Origin: Nitrospirota bacterium
GTDB lineage: Bacteria > Nitrospirota > UBA9217
Reading direction: 5' to 3'
Assembly (NCBI GenBank): GCA_963754875.1
Contig: CAVWHO010000017.1
Coordinates: 96,001 to 160,000 of the forward strand
DNA length: 64,000 nt
Shown here: positions 20,284 through 31,808 of the stretch, piece by piece
Layout: each line of letters opens with the position of its first letter
Numbering within the stretch: the first letter of the stretch is position 1
The notes under the pieces: model-generated
The model's input: the letters and a program-made list of their open reading frames with translations, nothing else
Told to the model about the DNA's origin: nothing
Databases searched by the model: none
Translations under genes and position numbers: made by a program

Positions 20284-20931
20284 TCACTGCCCAATCACCA
20301 ACCTTACTCCCATATCAAATGCTTTTTGGCAATCCAGTGGAAATACTTCTTCATGCTGCTGCTTCTTCTTCACTGGGTCAAAACGGGTTGAAAGAACCTT
20401 GGAATAGTCATCAAACTGCAATGTGTCAAAACTGCATATATATTCAGATTCTCCAAAGATTCTCCGAAGTGCTCCATCATAGCGATTGAAATTGACTTCA
20501 TACTTCCATTCATGCATGACTTCCTCGGTGGTATTCATCGTGTAGATGAATCCGGTCTTAATCTTCCTGGTAAATACTGAATCTGGGGGATTGGTATAAG
20601 TCGTGTACTGAAATAGCAGACGCTCCAGGAATGACTTCATCTCGCCTGAGATATCGCCCCAATAAATAGGGGAACCCATCAAAATGGCATCAGCCTGTTC
20701 AATCCTACTGAAGATAGGGGCAAGGTCATCCTGAACGGCACACTTGCCATAGCTTTTCCCACCGAGGGTCTTACAGGCAAAACAACTTATGCATCCCTTG
20801 TAGTTGAGGTCATACAGATGAATCAGTTCTGTTTTGGCACCCTGTGAAGCAGCACCGTCAAGAGCTTTTTGCAGTAGGGTTGCCGTATTCCATTGCTTCC
20901 TTGGACTTCCATTGAACGCTATTATCTTCAT
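20284..20931 (-). CDS. Flavodoxin-family / iron-sulfur flavoprotein (NADPH-dependent FMN reductase-like)
   Basis: MKIIAFNGSPRK..NT; CISCFAC..C..DD; GSPIYWG. Confidence 0.88.
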   Translation of the reverse strand: MKIIAFNGSPRKQWNTATLLQKALDGAASQGAKTELIHLYDLNYKGCISCFACKTLGGKSYGKCAVQDDLAPIFSRIEQADAILMGSPIYWGDISGEMKSFLERLLFQYTTYTNPPDSVFTRKIKTGFIYTMNTTEEVMHEWKYEVNFNRYDGALRRIFGESEYICSFDTLQFDDYSKVLSTRFDPVKKKQQHEEVFPLDCQKAFDMGVRLVIGQ

Positions 20932-20941
20932 AATATCCTTT

Positions 20942-21357
20942 CTATGCCTTTTCACTGGCATAAATGTAGATAGTCCCGACTTTGGTGTTGTACCTTTTTA
21001 ACGTTTGAACATCCTGAAATCCCGCATCCCTCATTAAATCAGGTAGAAGCCCTTTGAAATTCGCTTCAACTTCTGGCTCAAACTTTGATGCAATGTTGCC
21101 AATTAGGGCGAACAGCGGATTTAGCTGCCTCCCGAAATCGGCAAGATAGAATTTCCCGTCTTTGACCAAGATTCGATTTATTTGAGTAGGGTGCCCGTTC
21201 CACATCCAAAATCGAGTATTGAGTCATTATCTGCGATATTCATGAAGCTAATCAAGTCCGACTTGATTCTTATTTCAGGAATGGCTCGTGAAATAAATAA
21301 ATCAAATAGATTTGACAGTAAATGGAAATCAAATGCGGGAATATATTTTTCTTTCAT
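20942..21357 (-). pseudogene. Class I SAM methyltransferase pseudogene with internal deletion
   Basis: MKEKYIPAF...ILDFGCGTGTLLK* jumps directly, in another frame, to INRILVKDGKFYLADFG. Confidence 0.75.
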
Positions 21358-21507
21358 GCTTTATCATTCCATCCACAGCGAATCAAAAAAAAGGCTTGAT
21401 GTTATCGGGCTGATTGTACTTGAACGAATTACTGTAACACTCCCTTATGCTATACTGGTTACAGAGTGTATTATCCTTTCATTAAGACTTAGTAAGGAGG
21501 TTCGAAC

Positions 21508-21744
21508 ATGAAGATGCAGGATATTCAAAAAATCGCAAAGAAGAAAGGCGTTAATGCTGAAAACATGAATGAAACACACCTTATCAGAGCGATTCAAAAA
21601 GCAGAAGGAAACAATGAATGTTTTGCTACCGCTTCTGTTCAGACATGTGGTCAGACGACTTGTCTTTGGCATAAAGACTGTGCATTATATTATGCTAAGG
21701 CTGTTTCGATAGACCGCTACTCCCATGACACGATGGGTAGATAA
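21508..21744 (+). CDS. Small SAP-like/Cys-containing protein
   Basis: LIRAIQKAEGN.ECF...CGQ..CLW..DC pattern; strong AAGGAGG RBS. Confidence 0.7.
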   Translation: MKMQDIQKIAKKKGVNAENMNETHLIRAIQKAEGNNECFATASVQTCGQTTCLWHKDCALYYAKAVSIDRYSHDTMGR

Positions 21745-21830
21745 TATATGACTCGGGTGTTTAAACTAAGCCCTGCTCGATGTTATCAGATTGTCGTACG
21801 TTAATGTGTTCACTATATGTGCGCTGAACT

Positions 21831-22232
21831 CTATTTAGAAAAATATTGTCGAACTCTAGCTGCAATCTGACGATGAGTCATCTTGTCAACTGTTTCAATT
21901 CCTTCAATGCGTCCGCTGAGCTTGTTTTTCTTGATACGCTTTTTTAGTTCGCCCTTTGCCTCACCTGGACCAAATATCAGAATGGCTTCTGCATCACGAA
22001 TACACGAAATAACAGCATCATAAAAAATGTTCAAATGACCCGTAAACACTCTCTGTAGACTGTCATCTGCCAGAATTTGCTTTTCATAGGGAGCTGTAGT
22101 CCGTATACCACCAGAACGACCGGGTTGCTTTTCAACCTTTGATATTATCAAATTTATTTCTTCCCCTTTTGATGTAACCACCACGATTACTGCTTTCTTG
22201 TGGTCAATCCACAAACCCGCTGTTGTTTTCAT
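21831..22232 (-). CDS. Host-attachment/eRF1-domain-like small protein
   Basis: GLWIDHKKAVI...ILIFGPGEAK...ETVDKMT..QIAA.VR.YF. Confidence 0.75.
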   Translation of the reverse strand: MKTTAGLWIDHKKAVIVVVTSKGEEINLIISKVEKQPGRSGGIRTTAPYEKQILADDSLQRVFTGHLNIFYDAVISCIRDAEAILIFGPGEAKGELKKRIKKNKLSGRIEGIETVDKMTHRQIAARVRQYFSK

Positions 22233-23189
22233 AAATGACTCCTTTGACTTGTGAAATAGTTAGCATGGAAAGCAATACAAATAGGTAATCAATAAATAAA
22301 CCCTCTATTTTTGCAACCTATTGTGGATTCTATCAACAGTTGAGGGATAAAGACAAAAAGAAACTCAAATGTACAGACACATCCATAGATCTTTTTATAC
22401 TCATAATTGACACTTTATGGCAAACTTTAGGTTATTCAGATATATAGGTGCTCATGATAGCTGGCGAATCGCTGTATTGTTATGAGACCATCGCATGATG
22501 AAATTTATCTCCTTGTACATGGAATGCACAGAATTATCGGGAAAGGGAAATCACATGCAACTTCAAACAGTCATGGTAATCGAATAAACCGGCGGCGCAA
22601 TCATTTCTGTACGCTCCTTCTCTGAGGACAAGGAAGGGAACAAGGAAGCGGAAGCACTCTTTGTGAAACTTGCGAAAGACAATGGTATGGATGACACTGA
22701 CATCGACACTTGCGTTGAAGAGGGGCTGTTTGAGGAAGGTGACTATCAGATTTTCCTCGCTCACTCGGAGGATTAATAGCCCCTCATTACTTCATTCCGG
22801 TTTTATTCACCATCTTACGTCCTATTACTTTGCGTTCCCATACCCTACGTGTAGTCGGAATGCTGGTTAATCTGGCAAAACGTTGTTTAGCCGATGAAAA
22901 ACCGCTTGCTGTCTTTCCTTGCCACAGAGGACGGCGTTTATGTGCCATTTTATCCACCTTCTCTCTTCGCTTTCTAATATCAACTTAAATTATATCAAAA
23001 ATGTGAAGAAAGGGGGCTAGAGCGAGAACTTCCCAAAATCTACGTTTACCTCCCCTGAGCCTCGCCAGCCCTATAGGTGCATTTGGCTATTGAGATTGAT
23101 ATTTTGGACGGGTTAATGTGAAAACATTCAAGTAATCTAGGAAAACCTTTTCGAGCGATTTCTACATACAAAAAAACAGAAAATGACGG

Positions 23190-23603
23190 TCAGGTTTTGG
23201 ATTCGAGAACAGCCTGAGGAAACAGCTTTTCAACTACCGCATGTATTTCCCCAGATGTAAACGGTTTTTTCAAAATACCCTTTGTCAGATGGAGAGTTTC
23301 CTCCGCATCTTCTTCATGTTCCGTTGAGATGACCGCAATAATAGGAATATGTTTAAATGCTTCTTGTTCATTGACCCTCTTGATGAAATCAATTCCACTC
23401 ATGTGAGGTTGCATATTCATATCGATAATAAGCAGATTTACGTCAGTGTTGCTGGCAAGCAGATTAAGCCCCTCTTGTCCGTTGATCGCCGTAAGAACAG
23501 GACATTTGTATCTCGCCAATATTAATTTATAAGTCTGATGAATTGCGGCTGAATTATCAACAATAAGAATTTTCTTTAACACGATAAATGGAACTCCTTC
23601 CAA
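23190..23603 (-). CDS. Single-domain response regulator (atypical acidic pocket)
   Basis: ILIVDNS, LLIIDMNM, KKPF. Confidence 0.8.
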   Translation of the reverse strand: MEGVPFIVLKKILIVDNSAAIHQTYKLILARYKCPVLTAINGQEGLNLLASNTDVNLLIIDMNMQPHMSGIDFIKRVNEQEAFKHIPIIAVISTEHEEDAEETLHLTKGILKKPFTSGEIHAVVEKLFPQAVLESKT

Positions 23604-23747
23604 GATGAAAGCTACCCCGCCCTCTACTCCTACCGTGATACCTTTTTCACGGAAATAACTGTTATCCTTTCGTGTATACTATATTATAGACGTTTGCTAG
23701 GATAAAAAGGGCTGAGATAAGGTCATGCAGTATAAAGGAGGATTTAC

Positions 23748-24158
23748 ATGAAAGAAATCAAATGTGCAAGTCTTGGATATACATGTAAGTGGAAACATAT
23801 CGCCAATACCGAGGAGTTACTCGCCGATTTCACGGCTATCCATCTGCGTGATGTTCACGGGGTGAAGGCCATCAGCCCAGATATGCTGGGAAAGATAAAA
23901 AATAGCTTTATGCCCCTAAGTGCAGCGGAAGCCGCAAAATATGCTGATGTAAAGCCGAAGGTATATAATTGCGATATAGGCCCGAAATGTTCCTGGCGGT
24001 ATGTAGCAATGACGGAGGAGCTGATTGTGGACGGAGCAGCAGTTCATGCTAGGGAAGCCCACGACATCAAGGAGTTTTCTCCCGCAATGATAGCCAAGGT
24101 TAAAAAAGCAGCTCAAGAATGGTCTTTGGATAGCGAGAAAAAAAGGAAGGTAGCGTAA
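23748..24158 (+). CDS. Tandem DUF1059-like small metal-binding protein
   Basis: Two C-x5-C...EEL....H....H units; GGAGG RBS. Confidence 0.78.
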   Translation: MKEIKCASLGYTCKWKHIANTEELLADFTAIHLRDVHGVKAISPDMLGKIKNSFMPLSAAEAAKYADVKPKVYNCDIGPKCSWRYVAMTEELIVDGAAVHAREAHDIKEFSPAMIAKVKKAAQEWSLDSEKKRKVA

Positions 24159-24228
24159 AATGGTAGTAAAGCATCAATGAATGAGGCTGAGGCTGTGCGG
24201 TGGTTATCGGTAACAGGAGGTGATGGCC

Positions 24229-24390
24229 ATGGCAGAGAAGATGAAAGAAGTTGAATGTCCATGTGGCGCTGTGGTGAAAAGCCATGACGAAAAGGAAATC
24301 ACCGAGTTTATAATCCTACATGCATGGAAATCGCATAACACGATTCTCACTGAAGAGGATGTAAAAGAGAATATGAAAGATGCTGCATAA
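24229..24390 (+). CDS. Single DUF1059-like small protein (53 aa, absent from the ORF track)
   Basis: MAEKMKEVECPCGAVVKSHDEKEITEFIILHAWKSH...; AGGAGG RBS. Confidence 0.7.
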   Translation: MAEKMKEVECPCGAVVKSHDEKEITEFIILHAWKSHNTILTEEDVKENMKDAA

Positions 24391-24536
24391 TTCTCAGAAG
24401 ACTGCGACGGAATGCTGTCTTAGTTAAGGGGCTTGGTGATTCCAAGCTTTTTTTTTGTGTGCGCGTATGGTCGGATAACTGTATAAAAAAAGCAAAGAAA
24501 AGAAGGGACGGCAGTTTGTCCCTTCCTATCGAAGTG

Positions 24537-24581
24537 GCTTCACACGGCAAGGGTCGCCGGTTTAAATCCATCACGTCCACC
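24537..24581 (+). pseudogene. Possible degenerate tRNA 3' half (Val-like)
   Basis: CTTCACACGGCAAGGGTCGCCGGTTTAAATCCATCACGTCCACC has anticodon-loop, variable-loop, T-arm and ACC layout. Confidence 0.4.
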
Positions 24582-24610
24582 GTAAATGCCACAGTTGCTA
24601 GCAATTTGCT

Positions 24611-24741
24611 TCGGTCCGAAAACCCCGAAGGTCGTCGGTTCAAATCCGGCCCCCGCTACCAAATCTATCAAGGGGTTACAGTTCATACTGTAACCCCTCT
24701 TTTTTTCTTCAGGACGGTATCAGGACAGTTACAGGACGGAA
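24611..24741 (+). repeat. att-like junction: tRNA-fMet 3' half plus terminator plus CAGGAC repeats
   Basis: Near-identical to 20066-20172; preceded by TCGGTCCGAAAA, as at 32539. Confidence 0.9.
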
Positions 24742-24873
24742 TCCTGTATGCTGCCAGAGTCGACTACGGGCCCAAAGTATTTTCTCGAAAGCAGCGGCAG
24801 TTCTCGGGCAAGCCTTCGATATTGCCATAGCGACAGAAGACTAGAAAAACAAGGGTAAATAGCAGGGGACTGT

Positions 24874-25197
24874 ATGAGCAAGTTCACGGATTACATCGAT
24901 GGCATTGCGGATAAGACTTCGACGCTGGCTAAAGATGAGCTAAATGAACTTATCATTTCAGCCAAGAAGGATGAGTCTGAATTTGTCAGATTGCAGGCGG
25001 TAAATGTGGAACACTGGATCGTCATGCTTGCCGCAGGCCAGGTGACACCCGCAGGTTTTAAAAGACTTGTGACGAATATGGATGTTCTCACAGAACTGGA
25101 GACCATTAAGCTGGATGTCGCGGCTAAAGCCAGTGCCGAGCGTCTGGCAGACGGCATTCAAAAACATATAATTGACGGACTCTTTAAGCTGTTATAG
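24874..25197 (+). CDS. Hypothetical helical protein
   Basis: Clean 107-aa ORF with AGGGG RBS. Confidence 0.7.
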   Translation: MSKFTDYIDGIADKTSTLAKDELNELIISAKKDESEFVRLQAVNVEHWIVMLAAGQVTPAGFKRLVTNMDVLTELETIKLDVAAKASAERLADGIQKHIIDGLFKLL

Positions 25198-25321
25198 CGG
25201 GAAGGCCGGCTCAGTACGATGCGCTATAAGCGGCAGTGTTCCGGCCGATTATATCATCAGACCATTAAATGAATTCCAACCCGGGCATCCTTAAAAAGCA
25301 ATGTTTAGGTGAGGGGACCAA

Positions 25322-25774
25322 ATGAAAGTACTTGGACTACACGTTGCCACCGGACAGCTCAGATACACAGTACTTGAAGGAACCAAAGCCGCACCGACAT
25401 TGCTCGGGAATGGTAGACTTCTTACCACGGATCCATCGAAGGTTGCCGAACTGATGGATTGGTACGAGAAACAGTTCATACAGCTCTTGAACCAGCACAT
25501 GCCTGACCGCATAGCATACCGATTGATGCTTGCGCCGAAGAAGAGCCAGCTGTTCACTTCTTGCTTTCCCTTCGGCATACTCTATTTGCTAGCCCACCAT
25601 CGGAACATACCTGTGTCGTCTTATGTGTCAGGGAATTATGTAGCGTCTCGTCTTGGACTTCCAAAAGGCACGGATATTTATGCACACTGCGACCACGTGC
25701 TGGGCTTGCATCCGCCATACTGGGACGAAAACCAGAAACACTCAGTGCTTGCCGCGTGGTTTGAATTAGAGTAG
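25322..25774 (+). CDS. Hypothetical protein, N-terminus reminiscent of the RuvC/RNase H fold
   Basis: MKVLGLHVATGQLRYTVLE start; GAGGGG RBS; canonical first Asp replaced by His. Confidence 0.6.
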   Translation: MKVLGLHVATGQLRYTVLEGTKAAPTLLGNGRLLTTDPSKVAELMDWYEKQFIQLLNQHMPDRIAYRLMLAPKKSQLFTSCFPFGILYLLAHHRNIPVSSYVSGNYVASRLGLPKGTDIYAHCDHVLGLHPPYWDENQKHSVLAAWFELE

Positions 25775-25982
25775 TCATGCCTCACAAGCTTCTATTCTAT
25801 GTGTATTATGCGATCTGTGATTTATTTATGAAAATGCGATGTCCATCCTGTAGCTGTTGAGTTTCACTGATTTACGAATCGACGACTCCTTCCTGTAACT
25901 GTGATTTTTAAATCCTATCTCAATATCACTACTTCACGTCGTAGTTTGGATTCTGCAGTTTAACATGAGAAGGTGATGCGCT

Positions 25983-26294
25983 ATGGGGTTAAGAATCCTG
26001 ATCGGAATAATAGTACTCGGGTCCGCGCTCCAAATGTCCGGAAATATCTATTGCGATATGAAGAGATCCAAGAGTGAAAATGAATCCAGATATCTGTATG
26101 GCATGAAGGTGGACCTATGGAAGGAGCCTTTGTCCTCTGAAGAGTTGGCGAAACTTGGTGTAAGCGTCAATGAAGAAAAGACTCTGGCAGACCTGATGAA
26201 AGGAGAAATCCTCTTCAGGATCGCCATGCCAGGGGAAAATGATCAGTTCCGCTTATCTCTTACGGGGGCCTCTCACGACTTTTCTACCGATTAA
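25983..26294 (+). CDS. Hypothetical protein with N-terminal hydrophobic segment
   Basis: ORF with GAAGGTG RBS. Confidence 0.5.
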   Translation: MGLRILIGIIVLGSALQMSGNIYCDMKRSKSENESRYLYGMKVDLWKEPLSSEELAKLGVSVNEEKTLADLMKGEILFRIAMPGENDQFRLSLTGASHDFSTD

Positions 26295-26353
26295 AGGTTT
26301 GAATCTCCCGGACCGTGGCACACCAGTCCCCTCTCTCCGGATTGGTATTTACC

Positions 26354-26674
26354 TTACCTCGCTATTGCGCGCATTACTCTGACTGCGATCTTTAGCTCAT
26401 CTTCTTCAATTATTTCATTTATGAGATGCCTCAGCATTTCTTTCAAGGCTTTCAAATTCACCTCATATTTATAATCGAACAAATCCCACAATTCGACATT
26501 CAAGGCTTCCGATATTTTAATAAGCATGTCGAGGGTGGGATTCTCCGTGCCTCGTTCCATACGGCTTACGTAGTTGGGGCTTATGTCGGCTTTTGATGCG
26601 ACTTCCTCCTGGGATAGTTCTCTTTTTTTCCTCAATACCTTAATCCTTCGACCAATCGATTGTTTCGTATTCAT
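26354..26674 (-). CDS. XRE-family HTH transcriptional regulator
   Basis: IGRRIKVLRKKRELSQEEVA..ISPNYVSRMERG..NPTL. Confidence 0.9.
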   Translation of the reverse strand: MNTKQSIGRRIKVLRKKRELSQEEVASKADISPNYVSRMERGTENPTLDMLIKISEALNVELWDLFDYKYEVNLKALKEMLRHLINEIIEEDELKIAVRVMRAIAR

Positions 26675-27083
26675 GATGATCTCCTTCATAGCCCCCCTAA
26701 CATTATTATAATCGGAGACAATAATGAACGCTTCAACAGGAAAAAAAGACTTGAAAAAAATGCTCATTGGGTGTAAAAATATGCTTGTTAATGCTTTTTA
26801 ATGACTAAATGTGTTCTCGATGGGCACAGATACAATAGTGTCTTCTCTCCAGAATCTCTGGAAAAAGCGGAATCGTATGGTTCACAATCACGAAAGAATG
26901 ACAACTCTGATCGTCGACGACGATGACCTTTTTCGAGACCTCTGGCTCAATTAGCCGGTTTCTGAGGGCTTCGAGGTGCACTGTGGCCATGATGGCATGT
27001 CAGCCACTCCTTAAATAAATGTCAAATTTACAGCCCAACATAAATTCATTCCCATCGTCTTCAAAGCAAGATAAGGAAGAACG

Positions 27084-29039
27084 ATGCATAGAAACGAACT
27101 CACGAGCGTTGAGGAAGTTCTGAATTCAATCGCCGACCCTATTTTAATCAGTGACAGAGATTATAAAATTGTCTTTGCCAATAAGGCGGCTCTTACACTT
27201 TGTGGTCTTCATCTCGACAAGGTTGTAGGCAAGACCTGTCATGAAGTTTCGCACCATTGTCCAACGCCATGCGCGTTTCCTGAGAAATGTCCACATCGTA
27301 AAGTATTCTCAACCGGCAAACCCTCTCAAGTCAAACATACACACTGCTGCCGGGAAGGCGAGGAAAGAATCTTCAGTATTACGGCCTCGCCGATAAAGGA
27401 CGGTTACGGGAATATTACACGCATGATTGAGGTTTTGCGCGATATAACGGATGATGAGAAAATGGCGGTATTGCTCAAAACAACGTTATCGGATTTAGAA
27501 ATATCCGGACATGCATTGCAAAAAAGCGAGGCCCTGATGAAAAGCATTCTTGAAAGTGTTGACGAGGGTTTTATCATAATCGACCCCGATTACCGGATTA
27601 TATCTGCAAATAAGGCGTACTGCAAGCAGGTAAAGTGTAAGACGGAAGACATTATCGGCAAACATTGCTTTGAGGTCTCTCACCACCGGGAGGAACCCTG
27701 CTTCCTTGCGGGAGAGGAATGCGCCCCTAAGCGGACATATGGGACAGGGGCTCCTTCCGTAGCAATCCACACCCACTATGATAGCGAGGAAAATTCGGTT
27801 TACATCGAAACGCGTTCTTATCCCATAAAGAATAAATCCGGCGCTGTCACCGGCGTCATTGAGACATTAAACAACATAACGGAAGTAAGGAGGCTCGAAG
27901 ACCAATTAAGGCACGCTCAGAAGATGGAGGCGATAGGTACGCTCGCCGGAGGTATTGCCCACGACTTCAATAATCTGTTGAGCGCCATCATAGGCTACGG
28001 GAACCTCATGCAGATGAAGATGAGAGAGGATGATCCTTTTTTGCCGCATTTGAAGGAGATACTCAAGGCAGGCGAAAAAGCGGCGAGTCTTACCAATGGG
28101 CTTCTTGCCTTCAGTAGAAAACAAGTGATGGACATGAAAGCCGTGAACATCAACGACATCATTGCGGAACTCCGAAAGATTCTCGAAAGGATTATCGGGG
28201 AAGATATCGAATTCAGCGTAATAGCCTCCCCCGAGGATTTGATCATTAGAGCCGATACGGGGCAGATTGAACAGGTTCTCATGAACTTATCCTCGAACGC
28301 CCGGGACGCAATGCCCCATGGCGGTATCCTGAAGGTTGAGGCAGGATTAATACCGGTGGGTAACAACTTCATTACTACCCATGGCTTTGGTGAACCGAGC
28401 CAATATGCTATGATCACCGTCAAGGACACTGGAACAGGAATGGATGAAGCGACCAGACAGCGGATTTTTGAACCCTATTTTACGACTAAGGAAGTCGGCC
28501 GGGGTACAGGGCTGGGGTTATCGATTGCTTTCGGCATTGTAAGACAGCATAAAGGTTTTATCGACTGCCTCAGCGAAAAGGGAAAAGGAACAACTTTCAA
28601 TATTTATCTTCCTCTTGCCGCGACAGAAGCGGAGAAAAACGCGGTAGAAGCGTCTGACTCTCCAACTGGAGGCGGGGAAACCGTGCTTCTTGCAGAGGAT
28701 GATGCGACGATCAGAACCCTCACTAAAGAGATTCTCGCTGATTTCGGTTATACGGTTATAGAAGCTGCTGATGGCGAGGACGCGGTGAGTAAGTTCAAGA
28801 CTAACCAGAACCGGATAAAGCTACTTCTGCTCGATGTCATTATGCCAAAAAAGAGCGGCAGGGCGGTTTACGAGGAGATAAGAAGGATAAGCCCAGACAT
28901 AAAAGCACTCTTTATCAGCGGCTATGCCCGGGATTTTATGCAAAACAGGGGTGTTCTTGAGAACGGCATCGAATTCATGCAGAAACCGGTTGCTCCGACA
29001 GTACTTCTAAACAAAATTAGGGCAATATTAGATAAGTAG
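27084..29039 (+). CDS. PAS hybrid histidine kinase/response regulator
   Basis: Two Cys/His-rich PAS domains; LAGGIAHDFNN; FTTK..GTGLGL; receiver LLAEDD..LDVIMP..KP. Confidence 0.93.
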   Translation: MHRNELTSVEEVLNSIADPILISDRDYKIVFANKAALTLCGLHLDKVVGKTCHEVSHHCPTPCAFPEKCPHRKVFSTGKPSQVKHTHCCREGEERIFSITASPIKDGYGNITRMIEVLRDITDDEKMAVLLKTTLSDLEISGHALQKSEALMKSILESVDEGFIIIDPDYRIISANKAYCKQVKCKTEDIIGKHCFEVSHHREEPCFLAGEECAPKRTYGTGAPSVAIHTHYDSEENSVYIETRSYPIKNKSGAVTGVIETLNNITEVRRLEDQLRHAQKMEAIGTLAGGIAHDFNNLLSAIIGYGNLMQMKMREDDPFLPHLKEILKAGEKAASLTNGLLAFSRKQVMDMKAVNINDIIAELRKILERIIGEDIEFSVIASPEDLIIRADTGQIEQVLMNLSSNARDAMPHGGILKVEAGLIPVGNNFITTHGFGEPSQYAMITVKDTGTGMDEATRQRIFEPYFTTKEVGRGTGLGLSIAFGIVRQHKGFIDCLSEKGKGTTFNIYLPLAATEAEKNAVEASDSPTGGGETVLLAEDDATIRTLTKEILADFGYTVIEAADGEDAVSKFKTNQNRIKLLLLDVIMPKKSGRAVYEEIRRISPDIKALFISGYARDFMQNRGVLENGIEFMQKPVAPTVLLNKIRAILDK

Positions 29040-29057
29040 TAGGATTGGATCAATACG

Positions 29058-29288
29058 GTGAACGATCCGCCCACTGCGCCTGTGATCAGTAGTCCCGCGA
29101 ATGGTGACGAGGTCGCTACCTATACGCCGCTCCTGATCCCGACCAACGCCACTGACCCGGACAGCCCTAGTCTTGCCTACAATCTCGATGTGGCACTGGA
29201 TCCCGGTTTCACCCAGATTGTGGCCACTACCACAGGCGTCCTGAGCAGCCAGACGTCGACTCTGGTTAGCTCAGGGACGACGTCCTGA
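29058..29288 (+). pseudogene. Fragment of an Ig/FN3-like surface protein
   Basis: NDPPTAPVISSPANG...NATDPDS..L.Y; no signal peptide or RBS. Confidence 0.45.
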
Positions 29289-29376
29289 CAGTTTCCCACA
29301 AATCTCAGCTTGGTTTTTAAAACCTCGCTTATTTGCGGTGATGGAGATTGGGAAATTTAAGTAGAGAGCTGTTTGG

Positions 29377-29545
29377 CTCACTGACCTTACATTACTCGGA
29401 TGTATTGGAGAGGTTGATACGATGCAAAAACTTCTGGAGATGGATCCAGCATTGAAGGCCATTGTCTCAAGTTGGTATTCCGATGACGTGGCTATGGCAA
29501 ATTACCTGTCCCTCGGGATTAAGTCATATCTCAAGAAACCTATGA
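29377..29545 (+). pseudogene. Degenerate receiver-domain fragment similar to the C-terminus of the 30-2147 kinase
   Basis: LTDLTLLGCIGEVDTMQKLLEMDPALKAIVSSWYSDD...YLKKP. Confidence 0.65.
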
Positions 29546-29783
29546 CATCACCGCTCCACGTCTTGACCTGTATGATGAAATGAACTTGAATCCGTCGACT
29601 TGCAATTTACCGGCCCCTACTGAAAGCTATTCTTTGCAACTTTATGAATCTATAACAGCAAGTCTTCAGTAAATAAACGCCGTATAAAACTAATGAATTT
29701 GATAATTTTATCCGATATGATATGCAATCGTATTTAATTTCGTTGTAGTCTTCTTCTGCAAAAAGGGAGATGATGGGAAGAAA

Positions 29784-31364
29784 ATGAAGCTCCTTAGTGA
29801 CGCAAGCTTAAAGTTAAAGATTGTGGCGGGCTTCATAACTTGCATCTTCTGCGGTGTGATTGTCCTTCCCATAGCTGCTCTCTTAATTCTCGGCACCGAA
29901 ACGACAACCACGATATTCAATTTGATCGCGCCCAAAATGCTCTTTCTTGTTGTTGTGGGAATTATCGGCCTTTTATGCGGAGCGATGATTATTTACTGGT
30001 TGGTAAAAATAGTAGTCCTTGATAAAGTGATAAGAATTGCTGAAAATGTAAACCGTTTAAAGTCAGGCGATCTTCAAGGAACCTTTAAGTCAGATAACAA
30101 TGACGAAATCGGCTTATTAGCAGATGACATGAACTCGATGACTCAATCACTTAACACTGTAATCAATGGGATATTATCAAACGCAAATAATGTCGTATCT
30201 ACAGTTGATGCACTTCGCTTTAGTGGGGATACTCTGGCATGCGGCGCCAAAGACCAGTCGGCGCAGGCATCACAAATTGCTGCAGCATCGGAAGAGATGA
30301 GTCAGACCATCTTAGACATTTCTAAGAATGCATCATCTGCTGCACAAACTTCTGCGGACGCAATGGAAATCGCATCAAAAGGGAAGGCAATAGCTGAAGG
30401 GGCCGTTGAGACCGTCAATAAAGTCTACCAGTCGAGCATTGAGTTGTCCACGCTGATCGATAAATTGAATAACCGCGTAGGAGAAATCGGCACGATTGTG
30501 ACAGTCATCACAGGCATTGCAGATCAGACGAATCTGCTCGCCTTGAATGCCGCAATCGAAGCAGCGCGGGCCGGGGAACAAGGACGTGGGTTTGCGGTCG
30601 TCGCCGATGAGGTCAGAAAACTCGCAGAGCGGACAATCAAGGCGACAGCGGAGATATCGGAAAAGATCGCGGCAGTTAAAGTTGAATCTGACCAGACAAA
30701 CATCTCCATGACGCAGGCGTCAGCGGATGTGACAAAAGCGGCGCAGTATATTACGAACGTAGGCAACTCTCTTAACGAAATCGTTAATGCTGTGCAAAAG
30801 TCACGCGACCAGATAACTCAGATCGCTACCGCTGTTGAGGAGCAATCGGCGGCGTCTGAAGAGGTTACGAACAACATCGAAAAAACATCGCGGATCTCGC
30901 AAAACATGGTAAATTTATCAAAAGATGTCATGCGCCAGGTCAGTGCGCTTATCGAGGTTGCCGAGCATTTACGCAGCTCGGCAGGGAGATTCAAAACTAC
31001 CGGTAGTGAACTGATGATCCTGGATCTAGCAAAGGTAGACCATCGAGTCTTTGTAGGCAAAATCGCTGCTTGCTTGCAAGGGGATGTACAATTGGAACCG
31101 GACAAACTGTCTGACCATCATAACTGTAGATTCGGTAAATGGTACGATGGCGAGGGAAGTGAAAACTGCCGCAATCTGCACAGCTTCAGGTCGATAAACG
31201 TTCCTCACGAGGCAATTCATGCTATTGCCAAAGAAGTAGTAAAGGCCAATCGTGCAGGAAATGATAAACAAGCGAAAGAGCTTTATGGACAGATGGAAAA
31301 AGTATCTCAAGAAATTGGAACTCAGCTCGATCTGCTTAAGCTGGAATACCAGCAATCCCGGTAG
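29784..31364 (+). CDS. Methyl-accepting chemotaxis protein with HAMP and C-terminal CZB zinc-binding domain
   Basis: Two TM segments; [67 protein letters not shown]. Confidence 0.95.
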   Translation: MKLLSDASLKLKIVAGFITCIFCGVIVLPIAALLILGTETTTTIFNLIAPKMLFLVVVGIIGLLCGAMIIYWLVKIVVLDKVIRIAENVNRLKSGDLQGTFKSDNNDEIGLLADDMNSMTQSLNTVINGILSNANNVVSTVDALRFSGDTLACGAKDQSAQASQIAAASEEMSQTILDISKNASSAAQTSADAMEIASKGKAIAEGAVETVNKVYQSSIELSTLIDKLNNRVGEIGTIVTVITGIADQTNLLALNAAIEAARAGEQGRGFAVVADEVRKLAERTIKATAEISEKIAAVKVESDQTNISMTQASADVTKAAQYITNVGNSLNEIVNAVQKSRDQITQIATAVEEQSAASEEVTNNIEKTSRISQNMVNLSKDVMRQVSALIEVAEHLRSSAGRFKTTGSELMILDLAKVDHRVFVGKIAACLQGDVQLEPDKLSDHHNCRFGKWYDGEGSENCRNLHSFRSINVPHEAIHAIAKEVVKANRAGNDKQAKELYGQMEKVSQEIGTQLDLLKLEYQQSR

Positions 31365-31808
31365 CTTTCACTTTCACTGTATGCATCTTTCAACCAGAAG
31401 TTTATAAAATATTTCGTTGATCGGCGTCACAACTAGTAGGTGGAGTCGAGTTTCATATTATATTAGCGAAGGTGCAGAAATCATTTTGGAAATGAGAATA
31501 TCTGGCTGTGCTCTACGGTGCAGATTTACTGATTGAAATATGTACTATCGGAATCTGCAACCTCAGGATTTACGTATAACGAAGCCATGTTCGAGCGAAC
31601 ATAGTGAGTATGAAAAGGAATTCATAACGGGGTGATCAGAATCTCGGTAAAAGAAGGTCGTAAAATACCGCGCTGCAAAGGCAGCGAAGGACGCGCTTCT
31701 CGGAAGGGGATAGGGGTATTTTATTATCTATAATGATTGTACTCCACCGTGGAGGACTTGAGGCAATATAATATAATGATAAAAAACGTAAATCAGAACC
31801 ACCACGTA

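Noticed and set aside
22555..22775. Small acidic ORF MQLQTVMVIE*TGGAII...
   Set aside because: In-frame stop at codon 11 and no recognisable family; at best a pseudogene
24459..24830. 123-aa ORF, and the N-terminal extension of 50710-51168
   Set aside because: They read through tRNA-derived repeats and terminators; spurious
25192..25240. TTATAGCG...CGCTATAA inverted repeat as an integron attC
   Set aside because: No RYYYAAC/GTTRRRY box arrangement in the right order and no intI in the window
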